Assembly: GCA_030295235.1 (NCBI GenBank)
Contig: AP026173.1
Location: forward strand, 1 to 64,000
Direction: 5' to 3'
From: Fistulifera solaris
Lineage: Eukaryota
Length of the DNA stretch: 64,000 nt
Part shown: positions 1 through 9,280 of the stretch, one piece after another
Position numbering within the stretch: position 1 is the first letter of the stretch
How the letters are laid out: each line of letters begins with the position of its first letter
The notes under the pieces: model-generated
Databases searched by the model: none
What the model was told of the DNA's origin: nothing
What the model saw: the letters and a program-made list of their open reading frames with translations, nothing else
Program-made: the position numbers and the translations under genes

Positions 1-446
1 CCCTAACCCTAACCCTAACCCTAACCCTAACCCTAACCCTAACCCCTAACCCTAACCCTCAACCCTAACCCTAACCCTAACCCTAACCTCCTAACCCTAA
101 CCTCCTAACCCTAACCCTAACCCTAACCCTAACCCTAACCCTAACCCCTAACCCTAACTCCTAACCCTAACCCTAACCCTAACCCTAACCCTAACCCTAA
201 CCCTAACCCTAACCCTAACCCTAACCCTAACCCTAACCCTAACCCTAACCCTAACCCTAACCCTAACCCTAACCCTAACCCTAACCCTAACCCTAACCCT
301 AACCCTAACCCTAACCCTAACCCTAACCCTAACCCTAACCCTAACCCTAACCCTAACCCTAACCCTAACCCTAACCCTAACCCTAACCCTAACCCTAACC
401 CTAACCCTAACCCTAACCCTAACCCTAACCCTAACCCTAACCCTAA
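1..446 (+). repeat. Telomeric (CCCTAA)n / (TTAGGG)n array, chromosome end
   Basis: Near-perfect CCCTAA tandem from base 1 to 446, with a few variant units (CCCCTAA, CCTCCTAA, CTCTAA) in the first ~160 bp. The C-rich strand on + at the window start is the expected orientation of a left chromosome end. Confidence 0.99.
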
Positions 447-509
447 TGTCAGTGGGTCTGCCAGACAGACCGTGCTGCAGCGAATTGTCTTACTGGTGCA
501 CAATGTCCA

Positions 510-680
510 ATATCTTTCCTATTTCCTATTTTCCCACCTATTCCTCTTTTTCCAATTATCTGCTTGTTCCTTCTACCTCATTTACCTCTTCCTAGTTACC
601 ATATTCCGCTTTACCTAGTTCTAAGTTCCCTTTTCCACATTCCAAGTTCCATATCCCAATTTCCAAATTCCTAACCCTGT
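510..680 (+). repeat. Degenerate pyrimidine-rich telomere-associated sequence (TTCCTA/TTCCAA-like units)
   Basis: Repeated TTCCTA, TTCCAA and TTCCCA words, ending in CCTAACCCT at ~670-678. Confidence 0.5.
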
Positions 681-917
681 AGAAAGAAAAGAGAGACAGT
701 AGCTCTTTCATGGTGCTGATATTGTCATCTTGACACGGATGCACGCTCATCGTCGTTGCGTTTGTTGCGCGTTTTCGCCTTTTGATAATCAAAAACAAAA
801 AACGCATCTAACCTACTCTAAAGAGAATGCAAGAACGACGGACATACCAATTCCAAAGATAATCAAGAACGAAAATTGTGGCATGACGCCAGCAAAACTT
901 CATTCCAAGAAATTCCA

Positions 918-965
918 AACGAACGAACGAACGAACTAACGAACGAACGAACGAACGAACGAACG
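918..965 (+). repeat. (GAAC)n microsatellite
   Basis: About 11 GAAC units with one interruption. Confidence 0.9.
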
Positions 966-1758
966 GTAACAAGACAGCCGCGATAGACAACTTCCAAAGA
1001 TTATCAAGCCGCATAAAAGCACAGGGCACGAAATTCAAGACTGTTCAAAGCACCTAAGTCGAAGTTGACCATGGCGCGCATGCCGCTGTACAGTGAAATA
1101 ACAAAAATCAATCTTTCGAACCCAAACTTCGTATACATCATATAAAAATGCAGGAAAGACGAATCTGAAAGAAGCAACCGCGAGATATCGATTCATTCAC
1201 GAAAACGCTGGTGAGCTTAAAAGTGCCACAGCAGCTCTTTCTGAATGAAAACGCGATTATTTGTTGTAAAAACGACTTTCGACCCATTCAAACAAGGAAC
1301 CTACTATATTGTCATAAAAAAAGGAAGAATCGGTACGAAGATACATCAAAAGAGCAACCGCGAGTAGCTGTAAAGCAGCTCGGAAGACACTTTGGATGAC
1401 ACCACAGCAGCGCTTCTACTTTGACGCGATTTACAGCTCTGTTGAATACTACACGAAAGCCTGCGGCGCCCTTGGACGATCTATTAGAACGAAATAAAGC
1501 TACTAGAAAAAGAATCAACGAAAAGTATAACAAATTGACTATTTTATTACTGTCGATAGCTTTGCATTGCAATGGTGATGCTTGTTTATTGTTGTTCGCG
1601 GTTCGCGCTGAGTGTTTGTGGTGGTTGGTCATTTGTCATTTCGATCACGTTTGTCTTTTGAAATTGCAGTACTGTTTCGGATGATATTCAAACTAATTCC
1701 AATAGAACGGTAAATTGATCGGAATCTTACACTTTACCCCACAGTAAAGGTTTTTTCC

Positions 1759-4700
1759 TTAGACCGCAAAGCTCGAACAAGTCCTCATAAAGCCATTTTG
1801 GTGTGTCTCCGATAGGATCCCCATTTGACAAAGAGACTGAAAGCTTTGTCCGTCAGATGTTTTGTTGCGCTCGCGGTTATCACTGTGATCCAGCAGTACC
1901 GAAATGATCCATCCGACGTTCTCTGAGACCTTCGCGATTCGATTGTAGGACTGAATCATGTTGCTCATACTAAAAATGTTGCCAGCCACAAGAACATGCA
2001 CGCATTTGCGATTCTCGTTTCCTACCAAGCCACAAGTTGTTGTAATGTAGATTTGGATTTCACCATTCGTCCATCGTCGAAAGGCGCTTTGATCTCTCTT
2101 CATCGTCAGAATGACCAGTAATAACGCATGGAGTGAATCCACGTTGCAAGAGCCATTCTTCTAGCTGTGCTGCCGAGTCCGATTGTATTGCAAATGATGT
2201 GCATTGACACTCCTGAGTTTAGTTCTTTGACTCAGCTAACGACAAGATTGCTCATGCTAGCCACTAGGTCGCCCACGACCTAGTAGTCCACAGTGAAGCC
2301 TTGATCTACTTCTCCCATTACCTCGTCACGAAGAATTTTACGAGGAGGCACTTTGTTGAGGTTAAAAATGCGAACACTGGATCAATGAGCGCAAAGTCCA
2401 GCGTCCCGGAAAGAGTTATCACTGGAATATCTAGCGCTCCGATCTCTTGAAGCTCTTTGTACTCATTGCGAAAAGAGACTTCGGACAAGCATGTATGTAC
2501 CTCATCCATAACAATCGCGTGCAAAAGTCCGCCTTGAGGCAGCTTTTGTGGTTCTTGAAGAGCTCCACAAACTCCCGACAGCAACAAAAACACAACGTCA
2601 AGCTTTCCTAGTTTGTGATCGCCTTTGATTTGAGCAGCGATCTGTGCCACTGAAACGTCAAGCCTGCATTTCCCTATCCGAACTGATGTGTTTGCCAAAC
2701 GGGCCTCAGCCGATGCAATGTGATGTTTGTTCAGTAACTTGTAGGGTGAAAGAGCAATGATTGTGTTCAACGGCTTGTTGGAGAACCACGCCGCCAAAAG
2801 TGGCCCAAGCCATGCAAGTGATTTACCACTTCCGCAGGGGGTACCGACATGGCCGTGGTACTTCCCGCTTAGAACCATCTCCACCATTTGTCGCTGTGTG
2901 ATGTCCAGGAACTGGAAACCTGGTCCGTATCGCTGCCGAAGTCCCCCTCAGATGTCGTCACTGTCGATGCGCGCTTTTGTAGCAGAGTGGTACTTCTCCA
3001 AGTGACATTTGAAAGATCCGAATCAGCTTGATGCCTGCGCCTTGCAACTTTGTATGATATCGTTCGACATGTGTTCTCTCTGAATGTCCATGCTGGTTCG
3101 CCACAGATTCAGTTGCTGTCAAAATGGTGTGATCGACTTCGCCAAACAAGACATTGTGCCACGTTGAAAACACCTGCCGAATTTCCGTCTTTCTGGGTGT
3201 GTTTACAAGATCAAAGAGTGTCCGAGCAGCTTGCCGCATGCTGTAATGCGAGTTTTCGTTATTTGGAAGAGCTAGTAGCAGATTGTTGCCAAAAGGATTC
3301 AACTGCTGAAGTGCCGCCCGATACAAGATAAACACACGACACATTTCAGTTGGCAGAACATGCATGACCTTTCGCTTCACTGCAGCCTGTTTTGACACAA
3401 GTTTTACAGTCTTGTTGACCACCAAACCATACTCGGCCGTCCCTAGCGCAAAGTGAACTTCAGACAACTTCAGATGTCTGACTTCGGTAAGGAGCCCAAC
3501 TCCAAAACCGAAACAGTCAAATGCCAAATCAAGGTATGCAGCCACTTGCTGAAGCATCTCTGTCCGTGTTTCAGCGTTATCGCCATTCATTTGTAGATCC
3601 TCCGATGATATTGTTTGCTCTCCATTCTGCATTGTAAACGACAATGTTGCCTCATCAACGTGATGGACCACAACCGGCTCAAGCAGTTCAGAAAAGAGGC
3701 CCAGCTTTCCCCGCGGAAGATGCTAGCAAATGCTTCTTTGCACTTCTCCAGAGCTGCAGGTAGGAGACCAGAAAAGAAGTCTCTGTGATAGGTATTGTTG
3801 CCGTAGTAGATGTTTGTGCCGTCCGTCTCCGCCGTCTTGCTGTAATTTTTGCGTGCCGACATGTCTCGTGTAGCACGAATCAATCCAGAAAGCATTGCGG
3901 GCACCCTTGCACCTCACACTCTCTCAGCAATAAACCGCATTGTCTTGTCTCTCATTGTGTCTTGCTGCACGGCAAAAGAGCTTATCCGTGCTGCTCGCAA
4001 CATGTGGAGGACACGAGAAACCATGGAGGCCACCTCTCCACAGTCTCGGAAGCGAAGTTTCTTCTTGGTCAGTACCATGGAGCCGAACAATGCAGTATAG
4101 TTCAACATCGGTTTGCGGTGGAAAAGCCCTATCTTCTTCAAGGTATGCCGCCAGCATTTCCAACACAAACAACTGTGGATCTTGGGCTTGGGACTCGGTT
4201 CGGATGAATTCGGGAGAAATGCGAGCGGATGATAAATGAGCCTGTTCGCCACATGAAGCATACGAAATGCTTTAACTCCCGTAGTAGATCAACAATGTTT
4301 TCATAGAGAACAAAGGTTGCACCGTAGGTCGTGGTCGCTCACATCTAGCCCAGGAAAAGTCATCAGGCTTGCACGTGTCTTTGGATCAATCATCTTGATA
4401 AGAAGCTCTGTGTGATTCTTTCTCATCCATTCTTCCAGCCATTTGTGAATGAGTTCAAGCTCGGGCTCCATAGTCTGATCAATCTCTTTTCGCGGCGCGG
4501 AACAATGAATTCTCGAAACTTAGTATCAAAATCCAAGCCCAAGCAATGGCAAAGATCCACAAGAGGCTGAAGATGGGTGACATACGGTGTGGTCTCCTCT
4601 CCTCCACAGCGATATTTCTCAATCATCTCGATCGTTCGTGCAAAGTCAAACGTCTTGCTGCGCCCGCGATTTGTGTGAGGGAACTCGCGGTAGAGCAGAC

Positions 4701-5684
4701 AGCTTCCGGTTCTCGCCAACGTAAAGCTTCATTTTCCTCTGCTTGCGGCTGGGGCACTGTTTCTTGCGTCGAGATCTTCCTGCATGACCGGTCAAGATTG
4801 GACGCATCAATGTTCGCCTTTCCACAGTGAAGACAGATGAAAGCGTCCCTCATATCAAACGCCTGTGTCTTCCAGATCTTCATTTCGTCTGCCAGTTCCG
4901 TTGCAGTAGCTTGATCAAAGGAGAAGCCGGTGTGGTTTGCACGAACATGTTCAAAGATATTGGCAGCGGTAGTTTCATTCAAAAGAGCATCTTCCTTGAC
5001 AAATGTTTTGCAAGCAAGGCACTTCAATTTACCTTCCGTGAAAGTAAAACATGTTGAATGGCTTGGGAGGCGAGTTGACAGTTTCGGGTGGAACTGATTG
5101 AGCCGTTGTTGTCCAAGTCCGTGGCAGTACGCTTATGAGATGCTGGAGGAAGTTCCAACTGAGTCGTCAGAGTCGTAGCCGTAACTGTAGCCATAGTTGG
5201 AAGTTCACTTGTCACCAGAGCTGGTCCACCAGAATGATCTCCACCACCCAGACTGGAGTTGCATCGATAAGAGCCACAGCATTGTTGGTTGCTGTCATCG
5301 TTGCAGATGCAGTTGCAGTTCTGATTGGAGGAGTTGGAATGAGCAAAGGAGTTTGATCAGTCGTAGGACCAACAAGAAGTTCTTCAAAGTCATCATTGCC
5401 ATCCGTCATGAGCATCGTAGGAGGAGCTGGGAACAACGAAGAAGCTGGAGTTGTCACGGGTGCAGTTCCAGTAGCAGTTGGCGACCACAAGAAGGAAGGA
5501 GCAGGTGCTGGGGCACCTATCTCAGCTGTTGGATGATCTCCACTGCCCAAGTCCATAGCGGTAGTAGTTGCAGTCGCCGGGCCAGACCAGCCGTCCCATC
5601 TGTCCCAGCCATCCCGTCAGTAACATTCTCGCGGTCAGGAGTTGGGTAGTCACCGTTGAAAAGGTCTTCAAAGCTGTAGTCCAT
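1759..5684 (-). pseudogene. Fragmented telomere-linked helicase-like gene: Zn-finger-like N-terminus + tyrosine-recombinase-like domain + RecQ-type SF2 helicase
   Basis: Collinear minus-strand ORF fragments. 4623-5027 has CLAC...HVRANH and CLHC. 2958-3671 has GVGLLTEV, KT, EIRQ and HGHS...Y. 2318-2887 has motif I PCGSGKS, Ia SPYKLL, II IVMDEVH and III LSGTL. 1759-2142 has motif V ITTTCGLVGNE and VI MIQSYNRI. Several frameshifts and stops; 5' boundary approximate. Confidence 0.75.
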
Positions 5685-7019
5685 CTTGAGATGAAGGAAA
5701 GCAAGGCGTAAAAGGTAGAAGCAACAAGCAGAAAGCAAGGAGCAAGAAAGCACTATTGTCGGAACGATTACAACCTGTGGTCAAGCACAAATTGTGGGAA
5801 GGAGTGCCTCATCACTTTTCAAAAGAATATCTGATATTCCGGTCAAAATGCGTGCTCACAGATCATGAATAGCCCTTCACCGAGGACCAGCAAGATTCTA
5901 ACACTTTATTTGTAGTAAATCACTAAGTGCTTTCTTGCTTATTACGACTAATATAATTCACACTTCAATCTTCTCAGCTAGTTCAAGTTGTCAAAGCGTT
6001 GAACTGTAGTAATTGTTGTACTTATTCCGAAAGATATCCACAGTTGTTGCAGTCAATCGGCCATTATCTGTGCAGAATTTGTTATTTCTGGTCTTGAGAA
6101 TTTACTATAGCAATTAACGTACCTAGACCCGTAGGATTGTACTGATTTTTGCACTGTCAAAAATCGTTTAATGTCGCAGGGTGGTGTTTGATTACACGCG
6201 TCAGTCGTGTCCGTTTCGGAATCCTTTTTCTCAAAACGACAACAATCAACCATGACATCGGAGGCCGTCATTTACTTCATTCGACATTTACTTTTCAATT
6301 ATATAAAGACACTGCTGTCAAATACTATTTATTCCTACGAGGCTCTACGAAGAAACGCGCGGATTTATTCAAAATGACTGTGCAGCGGGCTTTCAAAGTA
6401 CATGCCGCATTTTCCGTCGAAAAGAAGGGATGTTTGAGGCCCTTGCGAAGCCGTATCGAAAAACAATTCATATTCTCGGCTCATATGTAACTACTGCTAT
6501 TTAAGGTCGACTGCTGTCTTGTTATGATTGATCAAAATAGTGCGTTTGAAAGTCAAAGAAAGAGAATCAAAGGTACGTTCGTTGACCGACCGAAAATTTC
6601 GATTCTTCAAATGCAAGCATTAGAGACGCGATTTCGGCACAGAAATCGTACAATAACTTTAACATGAATTTTTAAAAAGCTTTGATTGGGTCTGTGCTTG
6701 TCAAATCGTAGCGCTTTCTTAGATTTCAATATTCGAACGTCGGTCGCCAAATTCGACAAAATTGATAAAGTCGAAAGCGTATCATTTTGCGCTCGCTTAT
6801 CGTTCTCATTGTATCAATAATCAAACGATTGTTCCAATACATTTGCGAAATAGTCGATTCACGTGTCGTAGCTACCGCTTTAGCTATTTGTAATTCGTCT
6901 TGTCGAAAACTATTCATCGCAAAATATCGACAAAATTTCATCCCACTTCTTCTACTTTCACTCCTAAGGCAATTACAATAGCCGACACCCAACTTAACCT
7001 TTTGCCTTGTCAAAGGACC

Positions 7020-7290
7020 GCCCTACCGGGCCGTCCCCTTAGCAGCGGACGTGCGTAAGAAGAGGTGTTCCCCCATCCTTGACCCTACCCAGGGGGGGGT
7101 GCGAAACCTAACGATTGCACCTTAGCCGCGTAGAACTAAGCCTAGTACTAAGTTGGGGTTTGGGGAGAGATCCCGCTCGCTGCGCGGTTTCCTTTCCCCC
7201 TCTCCGCAAACACCCAAGTTACTGTGGTTAGTACTTGCTCAAGGGGGTGAAAAGATGGAACCCGATGAAACAACACGCCCGGGTGATTCT
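7020..7290. other. GC-rich multi-hairpin non-coding element of unknown type
   Basis: Nested complementary segments: CCTTGA 7077/TCAAGG 7239, GGTGC 7098/GCACC 7117, CTTAG 7121/CTAAG 7136, AGTACTAA 7144/TTAGTACT 7228, TTGGGGTTTGGGGAGAG 7153/CTCTCCGCAAACACCCAA 7200. Confidence 0.55.
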
Positions 7291-7334
7291 TTTACTAAGC
7301 CAACAATACAAACGATATAGATTAGCTAAAGTGA

Positions 7335-7500
7335 AAGGGGGGAGAGACGGGGAATCGCTGCGATGAGAGGGGGAGAGAGGGGGAATCGCTGCGATAAGAG
7401 GGGGGAGAGAGGGGGAATTCCGGCGATGAGAGGGGATTCCGGCGATGAGAGGGGATAAACTAAAGAATTTAGGGATAAAAGGGGATAGAGGGGGATGTGC
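7335..7500 (+). repeat. G-rich ~30 bp minisatellite (GGGGAGAGA-GGGGAATCGCTGCGATGAGA-like)
   Basis: Three near-complete units plus two truncated or decayed units, with G4-G7 runs. Confidence 0.85.
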
Positions 7501-8189
7501 GGCGAAGTGAGGCATACTTAGCGATGATGACGTTTCGAAGGTGGTTTCGCCTTAAAGGATTTCTTCGCAACGTAGATCAACTTGAGTGATAGATAATTGA
7601 ATCATTACCGCTACGACGAAGTGAACATTTTTCTTTGACTAATGAAAACCCTTCGGGCCTTGATTATTGTCCTTTAACTTTACCGTAAGTCTCGTAGAGC
7701 GAAACGTGTTATACGAAAGGACTTGACGAGCCGTTGCGGCCACCGCGAAAGCGTAACCGCGAAAATTTTGCGGGTGTCCCGGTTAATCTACTACTACAGT
7801 ACCAGGGTACTTTCATCATTCATAACGCACGATGATCGATGATTGATGATTGATGATGTAGAATATTATTCTTTATGATTAATGATTGATTTTGATTTGA
7901 ATTATGAACCATGAGCCATGAGCAATCATAAGGTTCCTACGGTGTCTATTTTCATAAGTATTACTACGTATTTGATGGCCTGTAAACTGGGAAGCATCTT
8001 AGAGACTTCGAAAATAGCTTTGTAAGGTATTTTGGTACGTCTGGGCCTCGGCCTCGATTTCCTATTTTGCATTATTTTGTGGCCTTCTACTTGCTTTGCA
8101 TGTTTCATCTTGCCAGTCCGCTGATTGCCGTCGCTCATCCGTTCAAAGTTATCAACGCTGCCGATCATCATTCGTCCGAAAACTTATCA

Positions 8190-9237
8190 ATGTGTGACAT
8201 TGCGAAGGGGAAAATCACAGTCGCACTAGACTGGACGCCCAATACGAACCATGTTGGCATGTATGTTGCTTTGCAAGAAGGTTTTTACACCGCAGCAGGG
8301 CTTAATGTAACGCTCGTTCCTCCTAACGAGAATGAAGGAGCTGTTACGCCGCCCCGTCGGGTAGCCGCTGGCACAGCAACATTCGCAGTTGGGGCTTCTG
8401 AAACTGTCGTTTCGTTTGCCACAACTTCCACGCAACAAATGTCGCGCCTTGTGGCGGTTGCGGCTCTCCTGCAAGGCTCGACGTCTGCTATTTGCACTCT
8501 TCAAAGTTCTGGAATCGACACTCCGGCGAAATTACAAGGTCGACGTTTCGCTTCACATTGGGGCCGTTTTCTCGGATGCCATGGTTCGTACCATGGTAAA
8601 TAATGCAGGGGGCGACGGTAGCAAAGTAATTTTTCAGCCACTTCCAGGCCATGGCTACGCTGTGCCTGAAATCTTTGAAGCTGGAAGTGTTGTTGCTAGT
8701 TTTCTCGAACGCGGTCTTTCGGATTCAGCTTGGATCTTTTCTCATTGGGAGGGTCTCTTAGCGGCTCGTGCTGGACAGAAATTGAACGAGTTCAGCTGGG
8801 ATGATTATAATGTTGCGTACGGATATGCGCCGATCTTGTTTTGCCGCCCTGATACTATCTCGGACCACATGGACAAGGTCAAGGCCTTCTTGGCTGCTAC
8901 CGAGCGTGGATATAAAATTGCGGCGTCGGATCCGGTTCGGGGAGCAAAAGCGTTATGCGCCTGTGGACACCCATCGCTGAAAGACAAGGAATTTGTCATG
9001 GCGTCGGCGCAGGCTATTGCACCCGCTATTTTAAGCAAGACAGGAAGCTGGGGTACCATGACAATGGAGCGTTGGCGAGCTTTCGTAGACTTCTTGACGG
9101 ACAATAAGATTATTGTTGATCACGATGGCGTGGAATACGATCGATCCAAGATTATTGTCAGTGAGCTTTTCACTAACGATGCTTTGCCATGCGATTTGCG
9201 CGGCTTAGTTATAAAGAAGAATATAGTTGATAAATAA
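8190..9237 (+). CDS. NMT1/THI5-like (ThiY/SsuA-type) thiamine-pyrimidine binding/synthesis protein, one frameshift at ~8570
   Basis: N-terminal ITVALDWTPNTNHVGMYVALQEGFY, later KVKAFLAATERGY and WGTMTMERW...FTN. Two overlapping ORFs (8067-8603, 8389-9237). Alternative ATG at 8100. Confidence 0.85.
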
Positions 9238-9280
9238 TACAGATTATAATTTCGTCCCATAAAGCGAATTGTTGCATAGT

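Noticed and set aside
141..503. (LG)n ORF
   Set aside because: Translation of the telomere repeat.
730..1700. Short ORFs between the telomere and the helicase (likewise 6050-7013)
   Set aside because: No recognisable motifs; weak internal similarity only.
7020..7290. Telomerase RNA, group II intron or RNase P/MRP identity for the hairpin element
   Set aside because: Only AAACCTAAC is present, not a full CTAACCCTAA-type template; no domain V or P4 consensus recognised.
7520..7720. Hammerhead ribozyme (GACGTTTCG at ~7528, CGAAACG at ~7700)
   Set aside because: The GAAAC half is present, but there is no correctly placed CTGANGA core on either strand.
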